A stretch of DNA of 64,000 bases from an uncultured delta proteobacterium (GTDB taxonomy: Bacteria; Desulfobacterota; Binatia; UBA9968): NCBI GenBank assembly GCA_963755715.1, contig CAVWLW010000056.1, forward strand, positions 69,454-133,453, read 5' to 3'. The position numbers and the translations under genes are program-made. Below are positions 54,578 to 63,347 of the stretch, piece by piece. Each line of letters starts with the position of its first letter. The first letter of the stretch is position 1. The notes below the pieces were generated by a model. That model worked only from the letters and a program-made list of their open reading frames with translations. It had not been told where the DNA came from and did no database searches.

Positions 54578-54808
54578 ATGCGTATTACGCTGATCACGCT
54601 TGTTGGAATCGCTCTTATCGTTCTTGGGATCGTGGCCTTTGCCTACCGAGGAATCCCTTACACTAGCCGCGAGAAGGTTATCGATGTTGGCGCCCTCCAG
54701 GCCAGCGGTGACATCCGGAAGACCATCCCGATGTCACCGCTGTTGATAGGGTTGGCCCTTGTGAGTGGCGCAGCGCTGATCGCAGTTGGCTCCAGGAAGT
54801 CGTTTTAG
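54578..54808 (+). CDS. DUF3185-like small membrane protein, copy 2
   Basis: YRGIPYTSREKVIDVG. Confidence 0.8.
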   Translation: MRITLITLVGIALIVLGIVAFAYRGIPYTSREKVIDVGALQASGDIRKTIPMSPLLIGLALVSGAALIAVGSRKSF

Positions 54809-54901
54809 CGGCGCTTGGGGGGAGGCAGCACAGCATCGCAAATGTCGTGGCGAAAATGACTCGCGGATCATTTCTAATAAGTTGGTTAGGAGGAAATTGA
54901 T

Positions 54902-54982
54902 ATGGTGAGCTTATTTTTGGTGCTGGGGGTCTTACTCGTCGCGATTTGGTTGGGAATAGAGATGATCAGAGGACGAATCTGA
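54902..54982 (+). CDS. 26-aa membrane micropeptide MVSLFLVLGVLLVAIWLGIEMIRGRI
   Basis: AGGAGG RBS; decayed copy near 47559. Confidence 0.55.
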   Translation: MVSLFLVLGVLLVAIWLGIEMIRGRI

Positions 54983-55010
54983 TCGTAGGCTTCTCCGGGT
55001 GGGAGGAATC

Positions 55011-56231
55011 ATGAACCACGGAACCATTGCGGGAAGGGTTGGTCGAATCGCGATCCTCGGCAATCATTTGCCGCGGCAGTGCGGCATCGCTACTTTCACC
55101 ACCGATCTCAGCGGCGCGGTCGCCGCGGAGTTCTCGAATGCCGATTGCTTCGTGGTCGCGATGAACGACGCCGGCAAACATTATGCGTATCCACCGCGGG
55201 TCCGTTTCGAGGTGGCAGATAGTGATATCGCGTCATACCGCGTCGCCGCGGATTATTTGAACGCTAACAAGATCGATGTCGTGTCCGTGCAGCACGAGTA
55301 CGGTATTTTCGGTGGCAACGCCGGTAACTACCTGCTCACGCTGCTGCGCAAATTGCGCATGCCGATCGTGACCACCATTCACACCATCCTCGGCGAGCCG
55401 GATTCCATGCAGCGTCGGGCGATGAACGAGATCGCCCGACTTTCGAAGCGGCTCGTCGTCATGAGCGCCCACGGCGCCGCTCTCCTCCATAATGTTCACG
55501 GTGTACCCGAGCACAAGATCGATATCATCCCGCACGGGATTCCGAGCGTGCCGTTCGCATCAAACAGTAAGAAAGAACTCGGGATCGAAGGCAAGTCGGT
55601 GATTTTTACATTCGGACTGCTATCGCCGGACAAAGGTATCGAGCATGTCATCGACGCGCTGCCCGTGATTCTTGCGCGCCACCCCGACACGGTCTACGTC
55701 GTGCTCGGAGCTACCCATCCACATATCAAAGAGCAGTACGGCGAGAGCTACCGGGAGAGCCTAGAGCGCCGTGCCCAAGGACTCGGCGTGGAATCCAGCG
55801 TGATCTTTCACAATCGTTTCGTGAGCCGCGGCGAACTCGTCAAGTTTCTTTCGGCGGCTGACATCTATGTGACGCCGTACCTCAAGCCGGAGCAGAGCAC
55901 GTCCGGGACGTTGGCCTACGCGGTAGGATCCGGCAAAGCCGTCATCTCGACGCCTTATCTTTATGCGCGCGAGCTCCTCGCTGACGGGCGCGGTATACTC
56001 GTGCCGTGGCGAGACTCCCAGACCATCGCACGCGAGGTCGTGGATCTCCTAAGCGATGATGCAAAACGATTGGCCCTCTGCGCACGCGCCGCCGCTCACG
56101 GCCGCAGCATGGTCTGGCCCGCGGTCGCGCGCCGCTACCTGCAGAGCTTCGACCAGGCATGCAGTCGAGGGCAATCAGTGCCTCGGGTTAGCCGGGAACT
56201 ACCGGTTCGAGCTCATCATGTCTCAACGTAG
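55011..56231 (+). CDS. Glycosyltransferase family 4 (paralog of the N-terminal half of 21451-23736)
   Basis: PRQCGIATFTTDL, FGLLSPDKGIE, SGTLAY, ISTPY. Confidence 0.9.
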   Translation: MNHGTIAGRVGRIAILGNHLPRQCGIATFTTDLSGAVAAEFSNADCFVVAMNDAGKHYAYPPRVRFEVADSDIASYRVAADYLNANKIDVVSVQHEYGIFGGNAGNYLLTLLRKLRMPIVTTIHTILGEPDSMQRRAMNEIARLSKRLVVMSAHGAALLHNVHGVPEHKIDIIPHGIPSVPFASNSKKELGIEGKSVIFTFGLLSPDKGIEHVIDALPVILARHPDTVYVVLGATHPHIKEQYGESYRESLERRAQGLGVESSVIFHNRFVSRGELVKFLSAADIYVTPYLKPEQSTSGTLAYAVGSGKAVISTPYLYARELLADGRGILVPWRDSQTIAREVVDLLSDDAKRLALCARAAAHGRSMVWPAVARRYLQSFDQACSRGQSVPRVSRELPVRAHHVST

Positions 56232-56349
56232 GGGGACGTGGCGAGGCGCGCCGACGTAACAGGAGACAGACATTGGAGAGTCGCCGACTTTTTTGTCAGT
56301 CGGGAAACTAACTCGGATCAGCTAAAGCGACACACAGGAGGTTTACGCC

Positions 56350-57003
56350 ATGAACAAACTCTTGCTCTATCAAACGGCGCATATGGATTATCCGTATACC
56401 CTGCCGCCGCTCGATTATGCGTATGATGCGCTCGAGCCGCACATCGACGAACAAACGATGCATTTGCATCATGACAAGCATCATCAGGCTTACACCGATC
56501 ACGCCAACGAAGCGGTCGGAAAATATCCTGAGCTGCAAAAAACAGATCTGGTGACCCTATTGGCTCATCTTAACGAGTTGCCTGCCGATATCAGGGCGCC
56601 ATTGCAAAGCAACGGCGGTGGCCATCTAAATCACGCGTTATTCTGGGAATATCTGACACCAGGAGGTGGCGGTGAACCTCAGGGCAAGCTGGCACAGGCG
56701 ATTACAAAGACGTTTGGCGGATTCGCTCAATTTAAAGAAGGGTTTGATGCCGCTGCCAAAAATCGCTCGGGCAGCGGGTGGGCGTGGCTTTCCGTGACGT
56801 CCACCGGCGACTTGGAGATTGGCTCAACAGCGAACCAGAATAATCCGTTATCAAACGGCCAGCTGCCAATTTTAGGTCTCGATGTGTGGGAACATGCGTA
56901 TTATCTCAAGTACCACAACAAGCGACCCGAATACATTACCCATTGGTGGCACGTGGTGAACTGGAAGAAAGTCCAGGAACAGTTCGAGAACATCACAGGT
57001 TAG
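56350..57003 (+). CDS. sodA: Superoxide dismutase (Mn/Fe, Mn-type signatures)
   Basis: HHDKHHQAY, NGGGHLNH, DVWEHAYY. Confidence 0.9.
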   Translation: MNKLLLYQTAHMDYPYTLPPLDYAYDALEPHIDEQTMHLHHDKHHQAYTDHANEAVGKYPELQKTDLVTLLAHLNELPADIRAPLQSNGGGHLNHALFWEYLTPGGGGEPQGKLAQAITKTFGGFAQFKEGFDAAAKNRSGSGWAWLSVTSTGDLEIGSTANQNNPLSNGQLPILGLDVWEHAYYLKYHNKRPEYITHWWHVVNWKKVQEQFENITG

Positions 57004-57059
57004 CAGGTCGAAAAAACGAGCGACGATCGACCGCATTTTTGAGTGAAAGGATAATCGCC

Positions 57060-57269
57060 GTGAAAACAAATCGTAGCGATAACCGGATCGACACTACGCC
57101 GTTGGGAGAGCTTATGGCAACCGTCAGCGAGTTCGCCTTTGAATATTCCGCCGACACAAGAGAGGCCTATGATCTCGCCCGTCTGATTTTAGTTGAGTTG
57201 CTGAACGGGGCTTCCCTCGAAAGGGGAATCACCGACCGGCACTTTCCCGGAACTGTGCTACTGCATTGA
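57060..57269 (+). CDS. Hypothetical protein, paralog of 40079-40300
   Basis: LGELMATVSEFAFEY...DRHFP; AAGGA RBS, GTG start. Confidence 0.65.
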   Translation: MKTNRSDNRIDTTPLGELMATVSEFAFEYSADTREAYDLARLILVELLNGASLERGITDRHFPGTVLLH

Positions 57270-57324
57270 TAGGTTTGAACGGGTCAATATGGAGAGTCTA
57301 ATCAGCATAATTCTTTTAGCACTT

Positions 57325-57366
57325 TGTCCAAGAATGAACTGTGAGTCTTCTAGGAAGACGTATTCT
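57325..57366 (+). promoter_or_regulatory. Crp-type palindrome promoter A11 (divergent copy)
   Basis: TGTCCAAGAATGAACT-N20-TATTCT. Confidence 0.5.
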
Positions 57367-57461
57367 ATTAGAAGTAACGGCATCGAGGTTTAGCAACTCG
57401 TAGAAATAATCATATTACGCTTTATCTCAAATTTACATGCCCGAACACCAGGAGGAGTACC

Positions 57462-58449
57462 GTGAAAATTAATATCTTAGATCGGATGGTGATGGCCCTC
57501 GTCATCGCCACCCTGTCATTGGCGGGGATCAGCATAGCGGCCGATGGGCAGCGAGAACCGCAGGAAGAGCAAAAAGAGCAAAAGCGCGATCCGCATGAAA
57601 AGCAGCAGGAACAAAAGCAGCAAAAGCAAGAAGAGCGCGTTCAAAAAAAATCAGAGCAGGACCAGAAGCAACAGCAACATCGCGTTGAGCAGCAACAACA
57701 GCAGCAAGACCAAAAGCAGAAACAAAAGCAGCAGGAGCGCGTGCAGCAAAAATCAGATCAGGACCAGAAACAACAGCAACAACGGGTTCAGCAAGCAACA
57801 GCAGCAGCAGAGGCAAGACCAAAATCAGCAACAAAAACAACAACAGCGTTTGTCACAGCAGCAGCAACAAAAGCTGATTAGTCAGCAACAACAACGTGTG
57901 GTGCAATACCGTCAGCATCTGGAACAGCAGGATCGTCTCGCACAACAGAATGCAGCACAGCTGCAGCAACAAAAGCGTGTAGCGCAGTATCGTTTTCAGG
58001 AACAGTATTTAGATCGCGTACGTCAGCAGCAGATCCACCTCCGGGACGATCGGTTCGATTACGATCGTGACCCGTATTTCTTTACGCCTCCGATCTATCG
58101 ATACAATCGTGGCGGCCACTACTATGAAACGAACGAATACGGTGCGAAGACGCTGCGGCAGGCGGTGAACTATGGCTACGAAGAAGGCTTCCGCGCCGGA
58201 AAGGCAGACCGGGACGACCGTTGGGGTTCCAACTACAAAGACTCTTATGCCTACAGGGACGCAAACTTCGGCTACAGTGGCTATTACGTAGACCGGAGCG
58301 ACTACAACTACTACTTCCGTGAGGGTTTCCGTCGCGGCTATGAAGATGGCTACAACAGCCGCTATCAATATGGTCGCTTCACTAGTGGAAACTATTCCAT
58401 CTTGGATACCATTTTGTCACAAATCCTCAATTTCCAGGCTCTGCGCTAA
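57462..58449 (+). CDS. Secreted Gln-rich protein with Tyr/Gly-rich C-terminal repeats, frameshift near 57794
   Basis: Signal peptide, Q/K/E repeats, GYEEGFRAG and FREGFRRGYEDGY; AGGAGG RBS. Confidence 0.75.
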
Positions 58450-58611
58450 AGACCCAGAGGATGGAGCGCTGAACAAGCGCCTGGCTACTCATGAGAAACG
58501 TGAGCGGAGCCAGGCGCTTTTGGTCATTGCCCTGGTGGTGCCAGTGATTACTCTCGTTCAGGGACGAAGAATATACTAGCCGTTTCGGCTTTTAACGAAG
58601 GAAGGAATTTT

Positions 58612-58842
58612 ATGGCTATCAATTCGATAACGCTTGTTGGGATCGCTCTCATCGTGTTAGGGGTCGTGGCTCTTGCGTACCAGGGCATCACCTACACAAG
58701 CCGCGAGACGGTGATCGATATTGGCCCCATCCATGCCACCGCCGACACCCAGAAGACCATCCCGCTTTCCCCTCTACTGGGCGGGTTGGCGCTTGCAGGC
58801 GGGATCGTCTTGGTCGTGGTTGGAGCCAAGAAATCGTCTTAG
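58612..58842 (+). CDS. DUF3185-like small membrane protein, copy 3
   Basis: YQGITYTSRETVIDIGPIHA; preceded by an lmo0937-like 3' remnant. Confidence 0.8.
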   Translation: MAINSITLVGIALIVLGVVALAYQGITYTSRETVIDIGPIHATADTQKTIPLSPLLGGLALAGGIVLVVVGAKKSS

Positions 58843-58920
58843 GGCCACTGAGAGTCCCCCCTTACATACGGGTCCATGCCCGCTATCGGCGCTCTTCGCG
58901 CTTTGAGAACCAGGATAATC

Positions 58921-59072
58921 GGAAAGCCTGGGTGCGGAAGGAATCGCAAGTAGAGTTTGATGAGGGGAAACAGGACGTGGCTCTACGGACGATCCTAACG
59001 GGCGCGAAGTCGGAAACGATCGATACCGCCAAGGATCGACCTAGCGAATGATGCGCCTGCTCTCCACTCTAC
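58921..59072 (+). mobile_element. Group II intron 3'-end remnant (degenerate domain V plus domain VI)
   Basis: GAAAGCC...TGCG...CGCA...GTTTGATGAGGGG, then CGGAAACG/GCCAAGG and a 3' CTCTAC; no RT ORF. Confidence 0.62.
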
Positions 59073-59117
59073 TTACGTCTATCTCTTAGCAGGCTAATCG
59101 ACCCTATTCTGATCGGA

Positions 59118-59240
59118 TCATTTAACAACGAGCGAAAAGGATGTGTTCTCTTTCTTAGCCCTTTTCGCGGCTCTTTTTTCCATCAAGGTCTTCAGTGGCT
59201 TCTTCTTGTTTTGTTTCTTGCTGTCTTTACCTTTGCTCAT
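59118..59240 (-). CDS. 40-aa Lys-rich basic microprotein MSKGKDSKKQNKKKPLKTLMEKRAAKRAKK...
   Basis: GAGG RBS; downstream of promoter A12. Confidence 0.7.
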   Translation of the reverse strand: MSKGKDSKKQNKKKPLKTLMEKRAAKRAKKENTSFSLVVK

Positions 59241-59306
59241 GATTGTTAATCCTCATAGCCGAGTTGATAGTTTAGAACACGCAGTTTTTAGTTCACTTTA
59301 AACTTC

Positions 59307-59349
59307 ATGCTGCGCCGGATCGACTACCGTTGCTGTCCAATATTGAACA
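59307..59349 (-). promoter_or_regulatory. Crp-type palindrome promoter A12
   Basis: TGTTCAATATTGGACA-N21-CAGCAT on the minus strand. Confidence 0.72.
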
Positions 59350-59546
59350 ATCTCGAAAATAAATATTGCGACGCCGCGGCGGGCGGGTCAACGCAAGTCA
59401 TGCGGATGAGCGAGACGTATACACTGCGGGAACGGAGTGAAGCATCGTCGCAAAGAAAGGGTGGTGGGGTCATAGTGTGTTGCTGACCCGATATTATGCT
59501 CTGTCGAATCACTTGTAAAAAGACACCGTAATCATAATATGAAGCG

Positions 59547-59723
59547 ATGAATGTTAACATTTGGAAATTGGAATGCCGGAGTTGCCATGCAACTTTCGAG
59601 GTTGAAACTAAACGGGATACGCTCACTAAAGATATTAGAATGATGACCTGTCCTAACTGCCAGGCGAAACCGGAAACCGAAAACCAGTATCAAGTAACCG
59701 GTTTTCGCAACACTGAACGTTGA
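59547..59723 (+). CDS. 58-aa zinc-ribbon microprotein
   Basis: CRSC...CPNC. Confidence 0.6.
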   Translation: MNVNIWKLECRSCHATFEVETKRDTLTKDIRMMTCPNCQAKPETENQYQVTGFRNTER

Positions 59724-59727
59724 ACCC

Positions 59728-59976
59728 ATGCCACGCAAGCGCGACGAAAACGAAACGGCCTTCGATACCCTTCAAGAAATTCTCAGACGCGATGCCGAGC
59801 GAGACGGCATTCCGGTGTCACCGAAGCCCAAGCCGGAAAAGATGGCTGTTAGGGTGAAGGCGGGACGGAAGGGCGGGAAGATCGGGGGAAGCGGTGATTG
59901 GGTCCTCATATGCCGAATAGCCATCTATCCAACAAACCCCTTACAACGGTCATTTTTTCGAAATACAATTGGGTGA
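59728..59976 (+). CDS. Small basic hypothetical protein (GRKGGKIGG), probably truncated
   Basis: The KGG motif is followed by sequence that looks unrelated. Confidence 0.4.
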   Translation: MPRKRDENETAFDTLQEILRRDAERDGIPVSPKPKPEKMAVRVKAGRKGGKIGGSGDWVLICRIAIYPTNPLQRSFFRNTIG

Positions 59977-59978
59977 TC

Positions 59979-60155
59979 ATGGTATATCGAAGGCTGAAAG
60001 ACTCCCTAGATTTGGACTGGCATTTTCATACTAAATGCCCGAGTTGGCCAGAACTCGGCGTAATTGACGTACAGCTTAACAGCCCTGGTAGTGATCGCAT
60101 CTGTCCAGAATGCATAGAATTGGATGCCACAATGCCCACTGAAAAACCCCACTGA
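59979..60155 (+). CDS. Small His/Cys zinc-binding-like protein
   Basis: WHFHTKCPSWP...ICPEC. Confidence 0.5.
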   Translation: MVYRRLKDSLDLDWHFHTKCPSWPELGVIDVQLNSPGSDRICPECIELDATMPTEKPH

Positions 60156-60311
60156 CGATTCAGCAACACATTAATACCCGACTACCAAAGAAAAAGGAAT
60201 GTCGCTCGCGCGGTTCCGCTCGCCGCACGCTGATAACCCGCGTGATCTGTTCATCCTAGTGTCTCCTGTACGGGAGGCGTTGTTCCATAGCACAAGGCAT
60301 TCTCTGTAATT

Positions 60312-60435
60312 CGACCATTTGGTCGATCGTTTCGACTCTTTCGCCGATCCGTCCCTCCGTTTCCCTCCGGCGCGTTAAATAATCTCCAGCAATATGCGGT
60401 ACCTACCTGATCGTGAGCACTGGCACGTAAGCTGC
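60312..60435 (+). promoter_or_regulatory. sigma54 promoter with tandem enhancer B6 (DUF3309-crp)
   Basis: CGACCATTTGGTCG; TGGCAC-GTAAG-CTGC starts 109 nt later. Confidence 0.8.
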
Positions 60436-60483
60436 TCCTTTTTACTCACTGGGAAAAGAAGAATTGAAGGAAGGTGACTGACT

Positions 60484-60633
60484 ATGAGCCTGATACTGTT
60501 GATCTTATTAGTTCTATTTCTGGTGGGAGGTCTGCCTAACTGGGGTTATCACAGGTTTGGCTTTGCACCCTCGGGCATCGCCGGTGTGGTGCTGCTAATC
60601 GTTGTTGCTCTGCTCTTGACCGGCCGGCTCTAA
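60484..60633 (+). CDS. DUF3309 family small membrane protein (49 aa)
   Basis: GGLPNWGYHRFGFAPSG...LLLTGRL. Confidence 0.8.
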   Translation: MSLILLILLVLFLVGGLPNWGYHRFGFAPSGIAGVVLLIVVALLLTGRL

Positions 60634-60749
60634 ACGGGTCGCAACATGCGCATAAGGTTAGAGTAATTTAAGGCATAGGGTTTCATTCCTGAGGTTGCAA
60701 AGTGGTTGCGCGTTCTTGGGCGGCGCGCATCGGGTTTGGGTGTGAACCG

Positions 60750-61430
60750 ATGATTCAACAGACTCCCGAAGCGGAACGCTTCAAACAGCAAATGCGCGAT
60801 TCGTTGCAGCACGAGACGCTGAACTCTCGCGCCGTGACGATCGCGCGGCACGCGAATGTTTACACCTGCGGCGACCAGGACGAGATGGTCTATTTCATCG
60901 AGACCGGCCAGATCAAACTGCTTCTGCTCTCGCCCGAAGGTAAAGAATGTCTGCTGGCCATCCATAGCGGTGGAGATATTTTCGGCGAGCTGTGTTTAGC
61001 CGGGTTGGGCGCACGTCACGAAACCGCCGTGGCAATGAAACAAACGAAGATAAAACAAATACCCTGTGCCCAGTTCTTTGCGCGTCTGAGCCGCGACTCT
61101 TTGTCTGAGGGATTTGTACGCTACCTGGCGGTGCGCATCGCCGACCAACAGCACGTCATCGCCAATCTGGTGACGGCGGACAGCGAACAGCGGCTGGGCC
61201 AAACGTTGTTACAATTGGCCCGCACCATGGGCAAGAAGGACCCGCGCAGCATCCGCATCGAGCTGAAGATTTCCCATGATGAATTATCCTCGATGGTAGG
61301 CACGACGCGGCCTCGGATCAGCTTTTTCATGCAGAGATTTCGCAACCTGGGATTGATCGAAACCAATAGCGATCATTTTCTCATCATCAAAGAAAACAAA
61401 CTCACCGATTACCTCGCGCAGATCGCTTAG
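60750..61430 (+). CDS. Crp/Fnr family transcriptional regulator
   Basis: cNMP-like domain (GDIFGE, RHETA), HTH SHDELSSMVGTTRPRISFF. Confidence 0.92.
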   Translation: MIQQTPEAERFKQQMRDSLQHETLNSRAVTIARHANVYTCGDQDEMVYFIETGQIKLLLLSPEGKECLLAIHSGGDIFGELCLAGLGARHETAVAMKQTKIKQIPCAQFFARLSRDSLSEGFVRYLAVRIADQQHVIANLVTADSEQRLGQTLLQLARTMGKKDPRSIRIELKISHDELSSMVGTTRPRISFFMQRFRNLGLIETNSDHFLIIKENKLTDYLAQIA

Positions 61431-61563
61431 AAAGGCCGTGCCGCCCAACCCAGTCGGCATTTACTTGCAACAAATCCTGCCGCGTTCCTATGTTTTAATA
61501 GTCAGGAAAAAAGAGGTTTTCGGGAAGAATCCAATTTAAAGAAGTAATCAAGGAGACATACCG

Positions 61564-61737
61564 ATGTCATTTGGAATTTACCTCGTCGGATACATCATAC
61601 TGATCGCGGGCCTGGCAATCGGAGCCAATCTGCTCCACGTGCCGATGCAGTGGATCGGGGTGGGCAGTCTGTGTTTGGCCGGCGTGGCGATCGTCCATGG
61701 CGTGACGGCAACTCGGCAAAAGGATCCACAGTCCTAG
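61564..61737 (+). CDS. 57-aa two-TM membrane microprotein
   Basis: MSFGIYLVGYIILIAGLAIGANLLHVP...TRQKDP; AAGGAG RBS. Confidence 0.72.
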   Translation: MSFGIYLVGYIILIAGLAIGANLLHVPMQWIGVGSLCLAGVAIVHGVTATRQKDPQS

Positions 61738-61891
61738 AGGACAGCATCTCTCGTGCCGGCGTTACCACGAACAGCGCGAGGTTAGCCTCTTCTCCGGCTA
61801 GAGTAGGAGGACGCGCTGATGATTCAGCCGCCGGCTTTTCTGCCGCAGCAACAGCCTGCGACTGATCGCAATCGAATGCATGTGTCGTTTT

Positions 61892-62437
61892 CTATTGGCC
61901 CGATGGCAGTTCGAGTCGAACCGTGGCGGTGCCCGATTCTATCATATCCAAAGCTTTTGCCGCCGCCTCCGATAGATCGATGATACGATTTCCTGCAGCG
62001 GGTCCGCGATCGGTAATCTCTACTTCCACCGATTTTCCGTTGGCGAGATTAGTAACCTTGATCTTGCTACCGAACGGTAGGCTTGGATGTGCGGCTGTAA
62101 GCCCCGCTTGATCATAAATTGTTCCACTGGCCGTCTGCTTCCCTTGATGTTGCGCTCCATACCACGAAGCTTCCCCGGTTTGTGGCAACTTCGCAGGCAC
62201 AGCGGGATTTTTTTTAGCCGTCGGTGGAACGGGCGCAGGCTGGACACCGCTTGAAGTGTTGGGAGCGGCAGGTTGCGCCGGAGTTTCGGCCGGCGCGGCG
62301 ATATCCGACGGACGTTGCAGCAATGCGCAGCCCTGAAAAAGCACTAGACCTAAACACATCGTTAATAGGCACGGACGCCTGTCGGATAAACCGCGGACCA
62401 CGAATTTAAGCAGCGAAAAAGATAAATCATTCGCCAT
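61892..62437 (-). CDS. rlpA: RlpA-like lytic transglycosylase lipoprotein
   Basis: GEASWYG, TASG, TAAHPSLPFGS, DRGP, IIDLS. Confidence 0.85.
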   Translation of the reverse strand: MANDLSFSLLKFVVRGLSDRRPCLLTMCLGLVLFQGCALLQRPSDIAAPAETPAQPAAPNTSSGVQPAPVPPTAKKNPAVPAKLPQTGEASWYGAQHQGKQTASGTIYDQAGLTAAHPSLPFGSKIKVTNLANGKSVEVEITDRGPAAGNRIIDLSEAAAKALDMIESGTATVRLELPSGQ

Positions 62438-62603
62438 CTGTAATAGTTCCTCTCCGACTAGCTACGTTTGCTCTTTGCAATGATTAGAGAATTTCCAACA
62501 CGTAGTATGGCATTTCGCCATACTTAACAAGGGAAACACTCGGAGGTCGAAAGCAAAAACCCCTGTGCCCGCCTGCGCCCTTCGCAATAAATATTTTCGG
62601 CAT

Positions 62604-62646
62604 TGTTCAGTATTAGACAGCATCACCCGCCGAGTGAGCGCACGAT
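62604..62646 (+). promoter_or_regulatory. Crp-type palindrome promoter A13 (LapA-like)
   Basis: TGTTCAGTATTAGACA-N21-CACGAT. Confidence 0.72.
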
Positions 62647-62714
62647 GAACATCGGTAGACTCTGATGAATCAACCTCAGAGTACGGTTGGCCAAAGAAAG
62701 AAGGTTATAAAAAT

Positions 62715-63065
62715 ATGTTGGTATTACTTGTTGCAGTTATTTCCGGCGTCGCGATCGCTTACTTTGGAATGCAAAACATTAGCCCGGTTACGATCCGGCT
62801 CAATGACTATGTCTGGAATGATGTCCCCTTGTATCTGGTTATCGTGGGGTCGTTGTTTGTGGGACTTTTCATGGCGTGGATTCTCTATTTTGCTAGGTCG
62901 GTTTCCTCCACGCTCACCATCTATGGAAAAGATCGAGCGATGAAAAAAGCCAAACATACGGTAGCCGGTCTGGAACAGCGGGTCCACGAACTCGAAGTGG
63001 AAAAGGCGGGACTCAAGACCACAGTCCCTTCTCCGTCTGAAATTCCGCACCATACATTGTCCTAA
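62715..63065 (+). CDS. LapA/DUF1049 family membrane protein
   Basis: FGMQNISPVTI, VPLYLVIVGSLFVG, coiled-coil tail. Confidence 0.8.
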   Translation: MLVLLVAVISGVAIAYFGMQNISPVTIRLNDYVWNDVPLYLVIVGSLFVGLFMAWILYFARSVSSTLTIYGKDRAMKKAKHTVAGLEQRVHELEVEKAGLKTTVPSPSEIPHHTLS

Positions 63066-63146
63066 TACCAAGGTGGGAAGCGCGCGATTGAGTCGCGCCA
63101 AACTCTCCGGAGAGAAAAACAGTTGGGAGAACTAAATATTCCAGTC

Positions 63147-63269
63147 CGACCTTTTGGTCGATGCGCTCGACGTTCCTGACGAGCCTCATCTTCTTCATCC
63201 TGAACGCCTAAAATAAATCTAAGGGAGATCCAATGGTTTTCTTACCAAAGGGTCTGGCACACAATCTGC
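63147..63269 (+). promoter_or_regulatory. sigma54 promoter with tandem enhancer B7
   Basis: CGACCTTTTGGTCG; TGGCAC-ACAAT-CTGC starts 108 nt later. Confidence 0.8.
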
Positions 63270-63347
63270 TCTGACATAGTACAACAATGAAAACAGGGGA
63301 TTCACTGTAAAGAGCGTGAAACATAGACAAAGAAGAGGAATAAAACT

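Noticed and set aside
57560-57980. CAG/CAA repeats as a non-coding tandem array
   Set aside because: Explained by the Gln-rich coding sequence
59728-59976. Possible IS- or prophage-associated gene marking an island boundary
   Set aside because: No transposase, integrase, tRNA or terminal repeats nearby
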